A stretch of DNA of 64,000 nt from Polyangiaceae bacterium (GCA_044376115.1 JBILLK010000004.1:256001-320000), one strand, 5' to 3'; counted from the first letter of the stretch, positions 36,055 through 45,653 are shown. The notes: generated by a model not told the origin, from the letters alone. Numbers and translations are program-made.

Positions 36055-37097
36055 TCGGTGCAGAACATATTCGCTAGTTCGATCGGCGCGCCACACTTGG
36101 GGCATGGGCTCGTCGCGTGGGTTGCCTCGTCTGCCTCGTCCGAGGCCAGCGCTTCCAACTCTGCAGTGTTCAGCCGAAGATTCGAGTCCGTGACGAGCTC
36201 GGGCTCATCGGATTCTCCGCTGGAGCTTACGATCCCGTCGATCCGAACGAGCAGCGCTGTGATGTTATCGGTGCCGCCTGCCTCATTCGCGAGGTGCACC
36301 AACGTCTCACAACTCTCACGCAGGTCCGCATCCGGTCCCTCCACAGCCTTGGCCAGCACCGTTTTGATCTCCGGCTCTTCGATCATGCCGGACAAGCCGT
36401 CGCTGCAGAGCAGGAAGACGTCACCTTCTTCGACCTCAGCCGAGTGGATGTCCACCTTCACGTCTTCACGCATTCCAAGGGCGCGCGTGATGATGTTCTT
36501 CGGCAGACGCGCTAGCTCTTCAGGGGTCAAATCGGGCTTGAGCGCCAAGGCATCATTGATCAGCGAGTGATCGTGGGTGAGCTGACTCAAGGTGCCACGC
36601 CGGTACCGGTAGCAACGCGAATCGCCAACGTGCCCCACGTGCATGACGCCGCGGTTCCGCACCAAGTAGGCGGCCACCACGGTGGACCCCATGCCGTGGT
36701 GCTGGCGGTAGGTGGAGGAGATCTCGAACACGTCCCGGTTCGCCTTGCGGATCGCGGCGGCCAAGCGCTGCGCGCCGGGCGTGAGCTCCGTGTATCCCTC
36801 CACGAGCCGCTGACTCTCCGGGATGCCCTCCAACGTGGCTTCGTAGAAGTTCCTGAGCGAGGCGGTGGCCAGCCGACTCGCCACGTCCCCCGCGTTGTGA
36901 CCACCCATTCCGTCAGCGACAACGAAAAGGTCGAGTTCAGGCCGGAGCAAGACGTGATCCTCGTTGTGCTTCCGCTGGCGACCAATGTCGGTAACCCCGA
37001 CCGCTTCGAAACGGACGTCCCCAACCGAACGACCGCTCGGTCGGCTCTGGTCGGCAGCCTGGCTGACCTTATCAACGCCCATCGGCGAACTCGGCAT
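36027..37097 (-). CDS. PP2C-type Ser/Thr phosphatase (Stp1/PrpC-like) with C-terminal zinc ribbon
   Basis: RKHNED, VADGMGG, HVGDSRCY, LLCSDGL and GGTDNIT; C-terminal CPKC...CTEC. Confidence 0.93.
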   Translation of the reverse strand: MPSSPMGVDKVSQAADQSRPSGRSVGDVRFEAVGVTDIGRQRKHNEDHVLLRPELDLFVVADGMGGHNAGDVASRLATASLRNFYEATLEGIPESQRLVEGYTELTPGAQRLAAAIRKANRDVFEISSTYRQHHGMGSTVVAAYLVRNRGVMHVGHVGDSRCYRYRRGTLSQLTHDHSLINDALALKPDLTPEELARLPKNIITRALGMREDVKVDIHSAEVEEGDVFLLCSDGLSGMIEEPEIKTVLAKAVEGPDADLRESCETLVHLANEAGGTDNITALLVRIDGIVSSSGESDEPELVTDSNLRLNTAELEALASDEADEATHATSPCPKCGAPIELANMFCTECGTEMQSF

Positions 37098-37935
37098 GCG
37101 GGCGGATTATATCGGCCCGTTTCTCTGATTGGGGAGCCAATTCGCTCGGGTTGGGTACGGTTGCAACTTTGGCCGTCGTTTCAACTTCGGCCGCCGTAGC
37201 CGGCGCTGGAGCCGAAGATGGCGAAGCCATCGCGATTGGGTCGATGGTGATGTTGATACCCAGCGCGAAATACGCGTAGGGGTTGGTACCTCCGGCCGAC
37301 CCCGGCCAGGCCACGTTGGTTCCGAGATCCACCTCAAAGAAAGGCCCAAAACCGAAACCTCGAACGGGAGCGAAGTCCGCGCCAAGGCTGATCTGCGCCA
37401 GGTCAACCCCGTGATAATCGCCGGGGGCGATGGTCAGAACGTTAGCGACCTCGTCAGCACCGCGTTCAAAGGTGAGCCGGCGGTAGGCCATTCCGAAGCG
37501 AATCCACGGGTCAAGCGCCGCGCCCTCGACGAGGTGCGCCCGCATACCGAGACCAGCAACGAGCAGGCTTCCTTGGCAGGAGTCACAGTCAGCAGCGCCC
37601 GCGAGCAACCCATACGCCCCGTCGGCGTCCAGCTCCAGGTTCGGGCTGAGGCCAATGCCCAGCGAGCCACCACCGACAAAACCGCCCGAGAAAACGTCCT
37701 CGAGCGAGCCCACCTCAGCAACGTAGCCGACCGGCAAGAAGCCTTTGAACGCACCTCGCACAATGAAGTGGCCAGACCGTTCATCGGAAGCCCGTGGTTT
37801 GGCTCGGCCCTCGTCCTCCACTTCTTCCTCGGGCGCCATGCCCGGCGGGAGGGGCGGCGGAGCCTGCCCCAAAGCCACGCGAGGCGCAGCAAAGGCAACC
37901 ACCGCGAGACAAACTGCCACCTGGGCGAAGCGCAT
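37072..37935 (-). CDS. Putative outer-membrane beta-barrel protein
   Basis: Signal peptide, Pro-rich spacer and alternating amphipathic strands (DPWIRFGMAY, FGFGPF). Confidence 0.6.
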   Translation of the reverse strand: MRFAQVAVCLAVVAFAAPRVALGQAPPPLPPGMAPEEEVEDEGRAKPRASDERSGHFIVRGAFKGFLPVGYVAEVGSLEDVFSGGFVGGGSLGIGLSPNLELDADGAYGLLAGAADCDSCQGSLLVAGLGMRAHLVEGAALDPWIRFGMAYRRLTFERGADEVANVLTIAPGDYHGVDLAQISLGADFAPVRGFGFGPFFEVDLGTNVAWPGSAGGTNPYAYFALGINITIDPIAMASPSSAPAPATAAEVETTAKVATVPNPSELAPQSEKRADIIRPHAEFADGR

Positions 37936-38046
37936 GAGCAGTAGCCTAATCTCAGCTTATCGCTGCTCCGTCAACCTCTCGAGAGCAGCGAGCCGCCCTT
38001 TTGCACAATTCACGCAACTACCGGCGCGAGTGGTCGATAGGTCGGT

Positions 38047-39321
38047 ATGAACACGACGACCGTTGAGCTTCACGACGCCGCTTCACCCTTGGGCCCCATC
38101 CTCGTGTGCTCTCTCGCTGCCGACGGAGCGGAAGAAAGCTCCCTCGTGTTGCGCGAGGGAGAAGCAATCGTGCTGGGGAGCGGAGCCTCGGCTGACTGCC
38201 GGATCGTTGCTCCCACCGTCAGCACCGTTCACGCACGCCTCGTCCACCGAGGCCACGTGCTCTCGATCGTTGACCTCGAATCGAAGAACGGCGTGTTCGT
38301 AAGTGACGTTCGCGTTCGTGCTGCGGAGATCTTTCCCGGCGTAAACCTGCGATTGGCCCGCGTGCGGCTTGCGCTTCGTCCGGCGTTTGGAACCGCGCAG
38401 CCCAAAGCTGCGCCGCTTCGCGGCTTGGTCGGCAACTCGGCGCCCATGCTCAGGCTATCTGCGCGGGTGCGACGGCTGGCTAAGCTACCAGTACCCGTAC
38501 TCATTCGAGGGGAGTCCGGAACCGGCAAAGAGCTCGTAGCCAAAGCCATTCACGAGCTATCGGGGAGAACCGGCGCGTTCACCGCCATCAACGCAGCTTC
38601 CCTCTCGCGCGAGCTTGGTGAAAGCGAGCTCTTCGGTCACAAGCGAGGCGCTTTCACCGGCGCAACCGCCGACCGAGTGGGCGCCTTCCGCGAGGCCATG
38701 GGAGGGACTCTGTTCATCGATGAACTCGGCTCGCTCGCGGGTGACGTCCAGGCAAAGCTGCTCAGGGCGGTGGAGGAAGGCTCGGTCCGCCCCATTGGCC
38801 AAGATTGCGCGGTTTCGGTCGATGTCCGGTTGGTCGCAGCGACGTGCGATGGCTTGGAAGAGGCGGTTGCCAAAGGCCAGTTTCGTCGCGATTTGTACGA
38901 GCGTCTGGCCGTTTCAGTGGTTCGTGTTCCAGCGCTCCGCGACAGGCTTGAAGACCTACCGCTACTCGCCGAACACTTGCTGCGCCACTCCGGATTCAGC
39001 GCCGGTCGGCTCTCGAGCGGTGGGCTTGCGGCGTTGCGGGGGCAACCTCTCACCGGCAACGTTCGCGAGCTGAGGAGCTTGCTGGTGCTCGCAGCTGTCG
39101 CTGCATGCGATGATCCGCCGGGCGCGGAGGAGCTCGTAATTGAAGCCCGTCACATACTGACCGCCGTCTCCGAGCGGTCGGGCAAGGTTTACGGGCTTTC
39201 GGCAGCCGAAGCAGCGATGGCGCTCAACGAGTGCGGCGGGAACGCGAGCGCAGCCGCGCGGCGCCTTCGCGTCCCACGCAGTACGCTTCGAGACCTATTG
39301 CGACGTGGTCGTGCGGCCTAG
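38047..39321 (+). CDS. FHA-domain sigma54-dependent enhancer-binding protein
   Basis: FHA-like VSTVHA and SKNG; GESGTGKE, GAFTGA, LFIDE, FRRDLYERL, GNVREL and a Fis-type HTH. Confidence 0.9.
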   Translation: MNTTTVELHDAASPLGPILVCSLAADGAEESSLVLREGEAIVLGSGASADCRIVAPTVSTVHARLVHRGHVLSIVDLESKNGVFVSDVRVRAAEIFPGVNLRLARVRLALRPAFGTAQPKAAPLRGLVGNSAPMLRLSARVRRLAKLPVPVLIRGESGTGKELVAKAIHELSGRTGAFTAINAASLSRELGESELFGHKRGAFTGATADRVGAFREAMGGTLFIDELGSLAGDVQAKLLRAVEEGSVRPIGQDCAVSVDVRLVAATCDGLEEAVAKGQFRRDLYERLAVSVVRVPALRDRLEDLPLLAEHLLRHSGFSAGRLSSGGLAALRGQPLTGNVRELRSLLVLAAVAACDDPPGAEELVIEARHILTAVSERSGKVYGLSAAEAAMALNECGGNASAAARRLRVPRSTLRDLLRRGRAA

Positions 39322-40400
39322 AATGGGAAAATATTGGGCAGACCAGCTCCGCCGGTGAGGCGCCACGTGTTCGCCGCGTTCTGAACGATTGGAATACGGA
39401 ACGCGGGCGGCGGATGGGTAGCCTCGAAGCCGAACAGGATCGCCTCGGGTGTGAGCTGGTCGAGCGCCGCGAAGAAGTTGAGGCTCAACATGGCGCCTTC
39501 TTCGCTCCAGCGCTGCTGGCGTTTGGCGCCCGCCGCGAGCAGGTTGTTGGTACCGGCGACGTCCGAGCTGATCTCGTTGGGTTGGTTGAAAAGAGGTACC
39601 GCCCGCGACAAAAGCCGGCCAAAGTCACCCCCTGAAACCCCGCGGGAGCCGCCGCCGTTAGCACAGCCTGTGTGGCCTAGATGGTGATGGGCAAGCTCAT
39701 GCCCGAGCACGAACGCCAGCTGTTCATCGACCAGCAGCGCCTGCCTTGCCAGCTTCCGCGGATCGTTGTCTTCCGCGGGCGAAATGAAGTTTGCGGCCGG
39801 GCGGGGAAGCGGGCTCTTCGGCCGATAGTTCTTGGCGACGTTCTGGGTGTACGCGTTCAGCCGTTGACCACCAAAAAGCTCATCAGCCGCTTTGAAGCGC
39901 GCGCTGTGCGCCATCACTTCGAGCAGACCATCGCTCACCGCCATCAGCGGCTGACCTTGGTCATCACATGCTGCAAACGCGTTGACCTCCCCTACCGTCG
40001 GATCCGCAAACAGCGGGATGGGGTCCACTTTGGCGCGGGTTGCGTCGGGCAAGCCGACTTTGAGATCGGCCAAGACTGCCCCAGCCCGCTGCCGCAGAAA
40101 AGCCGCGTCGGTGTTGTTGATCGGGTCCACCCCGCCAACGCCCGGTGCCGGAACTGTGCCCGTTGCAGTTGGCTGTGGCTGTTGCGGATAGCCAGGCTGT
40201 TGCGGATAACCAGGCTGTTGCGGATAGCCAGGCTGTTGCGGATAGCCAGGCTGTTGCGGATAACCAGGCTGTTGCGGATAGCCCTGCCCATAATTGGGAT
40301 AGGTGGTGCGGCTCTTGGGCCGGCAGCTGGTGACCGAAAGGAAGGAGAGAGCGAGGGTAACGATCGTGAGCCCGGCTAGTCGCATGGAGGTTGGACGCAT
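39318..40400 (-). CDS. M48 family metallopeptidase lipoprotein with GYPQQP repeats
   Basis: Lipobox VTSC; VNAFA, LAFVLGHELAHH, EISSD and THPP...R. Confidence 0.88.
   Translation of the reverse strand: MRPTSMRLAGLTIVTLALSFLSVTSCRPKSRTTYPNYGQGYPQQPGYPQQPGYPQQPGYPQQPGYPQQPGYPQQPQPTATGTVPAPGVGGVDPINNTDAAFLRQRAGAVLADLKVGLPDATRAKVDPIPLFADPTVGEVNAFAACDDQGQPLMAVSDGLLEVMAHSARFKAADELFGGQRLNAYTQNVAKNYRPKSPLPRPAANFISPAEDNDPRKLARQALLVDEQLAFVLGHELAHHHLGHTGCANGGGSRGVSGGDFGRLLSRAVPLFNQPNEISSDVAGTNNLLAAGAKRQQRWSEEGAMLSLNFFAALDQLTPEAILFGFEATHPPPAFRIPIVQNAANTWRLTGGAGLPNIFPF
40177..40283. repeat. Coding 18-bp tandem repeat (GYPQQP x6)
   Basis: Six copies of GGCTGTTGCGGATA(G/A)CCA, the last one partial. Confidence 0.95.
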
Positions 40401-40549
40401 GATACCCCTCGTTTGCTTCATGGCGAACGAACGATTCACGTCAACGGACGGTGGGTACCTTGAGCGACCGTAAGATCCCGACGCCCAGCCCGTTGTGGCC
40501 TTTATGTGTAGGTGGCAACGGTGAGCCTTATCAAGCATGTTGCGCGTCC

Positions 40550-40966
40550 TTGGAACGGAGGTCGCGATTGACTCGAGGGTGGCTGCTGGTGTTAGGGGTG
40601 GGCCTGAGCGCCTGCGGTGGGGCGGCTTCGCACGACGCGGCGCCAAAGCAACTGGAGGGTGGCTTGGCAGACCCTGATGAGCTTGCGCTTTGGCAAGGCG
40701 AGCGTGCGCTTGGGCTCAATTCCCCGGCGGCTGAATCAGCGCCTGGAGATGTCGCAGCGCCAGAGCTGCCAGCTCCCTACGCAGGCCAAAGCGCACAAAC
40801 CTTTTCAACCCCCAACTGCGAGAACGCGTGTGATGCGCTCGGCTCAATGCAAAAGGCGGCCGCACATATCTGTGAACTTGCGCTGGGCCCCCGCTGTGAC
40901 AGGGCGCAAGCACGTGTGGAACGCGCTCGTAACCATGTCCAAAACAGCTGCGGAGAGTGCTCGTGA
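40550..40966 (+). CDS. Cys-rich lipoprotein, paralogue A1
   Basis: Lipobox LSAC; C-terminal CENAC...SMQKAAAHICELA...RCDRAQARV...CGECS. Start uncertain. Confidence 0.7.
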   Translation: MERRSRLTRGWLLVLGVGLSACGGAASHDAAPKQLEGGLADPDELALWQGERALGLNSPAAESAPGDVAAPELPAPYAGQSAQTFSTPNCENACDALGSMQKAAAHICELALGPRCDRAQARVERARNHVQNSCGECS

Positions 40967-40968
40967 GC

Positions 40969-41415
40969 ATGGCTGACCAACACCATCGGCGTCGCGGGCT
41001 CGGCGCAATCGGGCTGCTCTGGTTCGTTGCGTGTTCCGCCCAGGAGGCCCCCAACTATCCAGCTCCCACAACCGGACCGGCCGGGTATCCAAGTCCCGCC
41101 CAGCCCAACTATTTCAGCGAGCCCGGGAAAGCGCCGCTGAGTGGCTTCCCCGTGCCCCTGCCGCTCGATGGAGAATTGCTTTTGCTCGATCGCGAGGAGC
41201 AACTGATCGAAAGCGTACTCGCCGGGGACCCGGCAGTCCCGCTAGCCGTTGGGGACCGCTGCACAATCATCTGCAAGTCGCTCACCTCAATGCGCCAAAG
41301 CGCAACGCACATCTGCCAGTTGGCAGCGGACCGATGTGAGGCTGCCCAGGCCCGCGTTCGAAAGGCGGAGGAAAGAACAAAAGACGCCTGCCCAGCCTGC
41401 TCAACTCCGACATAA
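40969..41415 (+). CDS. Cys-rich lipoprotein, paralogue A2
   Basis: Lipobox FVAC; CTIIC...SMRQSATHICQLA..RCEAAQARV...CPACS. Confidence 0.75.
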   Translation: MADQHHRRRGLGAIGLLWFVACSAQEAPNYPAPTTGPAGYPSPAQPNYFSEPGKAPLSGFPVPLPLDGELLLLDREEQLIESVLAGDPAVPLAVGDRCTIICKSLTSMRQSATHICQLAADRCEAAQARVRKAEERTKDACPACSTPT

Positions 41416-41425
41416 GCTGCAACGC

Positions 41426-42625
41426 GTGGTGAAGGCCCTCCCACGCGAGCTCCCCAAAGCGATTGGCCGCTACGAAGTCGTACGCCAACTCGGGGTTGGA
41501 GCTATGGGGCGCGTCTTCCTAGCGCGCGACCCGGTGCTGGAGCGTCACGTAGCCATCAAGGTCCTTCGGGATGACCTTGGGATCGCGGAGGACGACAAGA
41601 ACGGGCTCCTCGTCAGGATGCGGCATGAGGCTCGAGCTGCAGCCCGCGTGACTCACCCGAACCTATGCATCATCCACGACATGGGCGAGGACGAGCGCCT
41701 GGGGCTCTATCTGGTGTTCGAATACATCGAAGGACCGACGCTCAAGCAGCGGTTGGAGGAAGGCAGGCTGAGTCCTCGTCAAGCCGCGCGCTTAGCGAAA
41801 GAGATCGGCGCGGCCCTGACCTTCGCGCACGAGCGTGGGGTGCTTCATCGCGACGTCAAACCGGAAAACCTGATCCTCTCCCCGACCGGCACCAAGCTCA
41901 CAGACTTCGGGATCGCGCGGGTGCCCGATTCAACGCTGACCCACTCAGGCGGTCTGCTTGGGACGCCGGCCTACAGCGCACCGGAGACGTTCCAGCGTGG
42001 CAGCTTCTCGCCCGAGAGCGACCAATTCAGCTTCGCCGCAACCTTGTATGAGGCCATTCGCGGTACCCGGGCTTTTCCAGGGGATGACGCGGTATCAGTG
42101 TCCTGGAAGATCGCAAACGAAGCGCCCGAGGAATTTGCCGCGTCCCTACGCTACGGGCCGGAGCTGGACAGCCTGCTGCAACGGGCGATGTCTCGTGACC
42201 CTTCGCAGCGCTGGGAAAGTTGTCAGGACCTAGGCGTGCGCGTCACCGAGCAGCTGCTTCTGCGGACCACGCTTGCGGGGGAGGCCTCCCGCGCCCTGGA
42301 TGTCTCGCGCAGCGTGCCCCCACGTATGACGAGTCAGCCACCACGCAAGGCGGCGCGCGGCTACCGGTGGTTCGCGCTCGGCGTGCTCGCGCTGCTTGGC
42401 GTTGGCGTTCTCATTCGAGGTTTTTTGCATTCGGGTAAAGTCGAACCGGCTGTCACAACCCCAACCGATCTAGTGAAGTCGGTTCCGTCAATGCCCACTG
42501 CCGCAGCAACACAAAAACCTCGGCCGCCTTCGACCCGACCGATGCGGCCAACGGTCACTGCAAAGCCAACCGCTACGCCTGAAGCACCGACTCCAACGGA
42601 GACGCCCGATGCCGGAACCCCTTGA
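41426..42625 (+). CDS. Hanks-type Ser/Thr kinase, single TM, Pro/Thr-rich tail
   Basis: GVGAMGRVF, VAIK, HRDVKPEN, DFG and APE. Confidence 0.93.
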   Translation: MVKALPRELPKAIGRYEVVRQLGVGAMGRVFLARDPVLERHVAIKVLRDDLGIAEDDKNGLLVRMRHEARAAARVTHPNLCIIHDMGEDERLGLYLVFEYIEGPTLKQRLEEGRLSPRQAARLAKEIGAALTFAHERGVLHRDVKPENLILSPTGTKLTDFGIARVPDSTLTHSGGLLGTPAYSAPETFQRGSFSPESDQFSFAATLYEAIRGTRAFPGDDAVSVSWKIANEAPEEFAASLRYGPELDSLLQRAMSRDPSQRWESCQDLGVRVTEQLLLRTTLAGEASRALDVSRSVPPRMTSQPPRKAARGYRWFALGVLALLGVGVLIRGFLHSGKVEPAVTTPTDLVKSVPSMPTAAATQKPRPPSTRPMRPTVTAKPTATPEAPTPTETPDAGTP

Positions 42626-43415
42626 AAAGATCGTGGAGGCCCTCAACGCGACCGCGCCATTGAGCCTCGCCGAGGCTTGGGACAACGTTGGGCTCTTGCT
42701 TCCTGGCCGGAGGAACCGGTTGGTGAACCGCGTTCTCTTGACCGTCGATCTGACCGCCTCCGTCGTGGAGGAGGCACTCGTCGGCGAGACGGATCTGATC
42801 GTTGCCTACCACCCACCCATCTTCAAAGGGTTCACCCGGCTTCGAAGAGATGTGGCGATCGAGCAGGCGGTGCTAGCACTCGTTGAGGCCGGCGTTGCGT
42901 TGTACTCGCCGCACACCGCCCTCGACGCGTGCCGCGGAGGCTTGAACGACTGGCTTGCACTCACGGCAGGAAGCGGGCAACTCAGCGCCATCTCGCCAGA
43001 CGCCACGGCGCCGGACTGTGGGGCCGGCCGTGTGAACCGTCTCGAGGTTCCTGCGGTCGTCAGCGAGCTGCTCAAGTCGTACTCGGCAGCCACGCAGGCT
43101 CCCTATCTCCGGTTGGCCGACCAAAATCCCAACGCCCCCGTCGTCGCGGTCGCGGTCACCGCCGGAGCGGGCGGTAGTGTCTTGGAACGCTGGGTCGGGC
43201 AGAGGCCGCCGCGTTCCTTGCTAGTGACCGGTGAGCTTCGGCATCACGACGTGCTCGCATGGACGGCGGCTGGTCACGCCGTCCTCTTGCTGGAGCACGA
43301 TTGCAGCGAGCGGGGCTACCTGCCCGAGTTTAAGAGCAGATTGAGCTCCCTAGTGGCGAGCGACGTCGACGTTCGAGTGTCATCAACGGACCGCCCGCTC
43401 ATGAAGCTCGTTTGA
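42609..43415 (+). CDS. Nif3-like dinuclear metal centre protein
   Basis: AEAWDNVGLL, AYHPPIF, YSPHTALD, TGELRHH and EHDCSERG. Confidence 0.92.
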   Translation: MPEPLEKIVEALNATAPLSLAEAWDNVGLLLPGRRNRLVNRVLLTVDLTASVVEEALVGETDLIVAYHPPIFKGFTRLRRDVAIEQAVLALVEAGVALYSPHTALDACRGGLNDWLALTAGSGQLSAISPDATAPDCGAGRVNRLEVPAVVSELLKSYSAATQAPYLRLADQNPNAPVVAVAVTAGAGGSVLERWVGQRPPRSLLVTGELRHHDVLAWTAAGHAVLLLEHDCSERGYLPEFKSRLSSLVASDVDVRVSSTDRPLMKLV

Positions 43416-43424
43416 AGAGGAGAC

Positions 43425-43751
43425 TCAGTAGGGCCCTGGCTCCCGGCTCGACTTGGCGGTCAAACACTGGTTGTACTCGTCGAATTCGTCACCGCACTCG
43501 TCGTTGTCGTCCTTGTACTCGCTGTCTTTGCACTCGTGACGATCAAGCTGGCACTCCCAGTAGGGCTCCAAGATCTCCACGCAGTCGTAGGAGGAGGCGA
43601 CGTCGAACTCAGCATTGACGAGGATCTCCTGTTCCTCGAGCCGGCGGTCACTGCAGCCTTCACAAGCGCAGATCGAATCGATTCGGTCGCCGACGATATC
43701 TCCACAGCCAGTGAGCAGAAACAGCGTGGCGAGAAACTTCAAGGGCTTCAT
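43425..43751 (-). CDS. Small acidic Cys-rich lipoprotein, paralogue B2
   Basis: Lipobox LTGC with eight further Cys; TGATG coupling to the upstream gene. Confidence 0.75.
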   Translation of the reverse strand: MKPLKFLATLFLLTGCGDIVGDRIDSICACEGCSDRRLEEQEILVNAEFDVASSYDCVEILEPYWECQLDRHECKDSEYKDDNDECGDEFDEYNQCLTAKSSREPGPY

Positions 43752-44170
43752 CAGTTATCCTCTTTCGCACAGTCGTCAAACTGTTGGATCTCGACCTGAC
43801 AGTTGCCTTGATCCGGCCGGTACCTGTCCTCGTTGCAACGAGATTGCTCAGCCAGACAGTCGAAGTACGCGTCGAACTCTGCGCCGCAATTTTTCAGATC
43901 GGCCAGTTCCGATTCGGCATCGAAGCTGATGTTGCAAGCGTCCTCGTCGAGGTCGTTGCCACCTTCACAGTTCCTTGCTTCCTCGCAGTAGCTGCCGATG
44001 GAGACGCCACAACCCGACCCAATCGAGGCAAGGTAGAGGGCGAATGGGAGAACCAAAAACGCCTTCGCCGGGTGGCGATTCTGCCTTTGGGAGAAGGCTG
44101 AGTGTTTTGACCGGGTAAGATTTATGGCTTTCGTCACGAAAACAGCATACCGCAAAAAAGTCGACCTCAT
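43751..44170 (-). CDS. Small acidic Cys-rich lipoprotein, paralogue B1
   Basis: Hydrophobic stretch plus GSGC; Cys pattern aligns with B2. Start uncertain. Confidence 0.7.
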   Translation of the reverse strand: MRSTFLRYAVFVTKAINLTRSKHSAFSQRQNRHPAKAFLVLPFALYLASIGSGCGVSIGSYCEEARNCEGGNDLDEDACNISFDAESELADLKNCGAEFDAYFDCLAEQSRCNEDRYRPDQGNCQVEIQQFDDCAKEDN

Positions 44171-44190
44171 GACGTTCGATCCGTGCTTTC

Positions 44191-45606
44191 TCAGGGGCTG
44201 ACGTTCTCAGCCAAGGGCGTGGGCTGGCTGCGAACCCAGAACGGCTCACCCATCGCCCCGAGGACGAGGCTTACCGATTCACCTGGCTTCGGCTTCGGTT
44301 CCTTTGGAAAGTGCGTCGCGACCTGTCCAAACTCGTCGAGCAACGTGATCAATTCCCCGTCGTTGCTCAACCCATTGCCACCCAGCGATGAGACTCGAAT
44401 GACAAGAGCGAGCGCTTCTTCGGGCAGTTGGCTCGCATCGAAGTCCTCCCGAACAAGTAGCGCACGCCCACCGGGACCGAGGGTAACGGACGGTAGGGGC
44501 ACGCTGCCGGCGCTGTCCGCGAGCGTGAAGCGACTGAGGTCCGCTGCAGCAACACCGTCATTCCACAGTTCTATCCACTCCTGAGCAGGCTCAGGTCCGT
44601 CAGGGTTGGCCATGACCTCGCTAAGATGGACATGGGCCCTCGGCGAACTCGTCTGAAGCTCGAGGCTGGCAGTGGCTCGTCCAACCGCAGAGCCAAACTC
44701 AAGCGACATCGCGATTTGACTTGCGGGCTCCAACCCTCGAACGACGAACTGCGAGAAGTTCTCGCTGGTTGCAAGCCACGTCGAATTGCCTTCCCCCATC
44801 AGCCACACCATCGGCTGCTCCGGCGTCCGCACGCGCATGCGGTCGTCTTCAACCAAGGCACACCCGGGGCCAAAGGGCCTCTCCTCCGACTCACACGCGA
44901 GCTCCTGCACAGGGTCCGATCCGGCTTGGAAGTCCAGCGGGGTTGGCTCGAGTGCCCAACGATCGACGGCCCTCGGCGGATGGAATCGACCGAGGGCGGT
45001 TGGATCCTCAGCCACAAAGTACACGCACGGAACATCGATTCCACTCGCCGATCCAGCGGCAAACACGCCCCGCGGCCCAGACGGATCCAGCGTCCCGACG
45101 ACAGGGTCGAGCTCAATCGAGTCGGAGCCACAATAGAGTGCCCAAGGGTCGCTCACCGCCACCTCGAGTGGCGGCCACACTCTCTTGAGAAAGGGCGCTG
45201 CATCTTCCGAGGTCCAAAACGTGAAAGAGCTCCCTTGTGGCAAGGCTATGGTGTGAAGGGACGCGAGCCGCAGCGGCTTGTGAGGAACAACGACGAGTCG
45301 CTCCGCTCCTTCGTAAAAGACCGTGGAGGGGATTTGGCGGTCCGCGAGTGAGGCGGATGCGGCGCCCTCCGCCCACTTTTCAAGTTGAGCGCTTGTGGTC
45401 TCGCCTTCAAACAGCCCTACATCCGCGGGCGAAATCTCTCTCGCGCTTGGCCCCTCAAGGAACAGGCGCACAACTTCCGCGCCTCGGTCCACCGGATCAA
45501 CCACCAACCGCAGCTCAACATCCGGTTCTTGATCAACAGTCGGCAGGGGAAACTCTGGGGCGCAGCAAACGGCAAGCGCGGGCAACGCGATCGATGAGGG
45601 CTTCAT
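44191..45606 (-). CDS. Lamin-tail-domain (LTD) containing lipoprotein
   Basis: N-terminal LAVCC; C-terminal HLSEVMANPDGPEPAQEWIELWN...GLSNDGE...PTP. Confidence 0.8.
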   Translation of the reverse strand: MKPSSIALPALAVCCAPEFPLPTVDQEPDVELRLVVDPVDRGAEVVRLFLEGPSAREISPADVGLFEGETTSAQLEKWAEGAASASLADRQIPSTVFYEGAERLVVVPHKPLRLASLHTIALPQGSSFTFWTSEDAAPFLKRVWPPLEVAVSDPWALYCGSDSIELDPVVGTLDPSGPRGVFAAGSASGIDVPCVYFVAEDPTALGRFHPPRAVDRWALEPTPLDFQAGSDPVQELACESEERPFGPGCALVEDDRMRVRTPEQPMVWLMGEGNSTWLATSENFSQFVVRGLEPASQIAMSLEFGSAVGRATASLELQTSSPRAHVHLSEVMANPDGPEPAQEWIELWNDGVAAADLSRFTLADSAGSVPLPSVTLGPGGRALLVREDFDASQLPEEALALVIRVSSLGGNGLSNDGELITLLDEFGQVATHFPKEPKPKPGESVSLVLGAMGEPFWVRSQPTPLAENVSP

Positions 45607-45653
45607 AACCCCCACTCACCCACCAAGGTCTCGAGTTGCGCCCTTGGTGACGT

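Noticed and set aside
40177..40283. Possible CRISPR or non-coding repeat
   Set aside because: Head-to-tail 18-bp coding repeat with no spacers.
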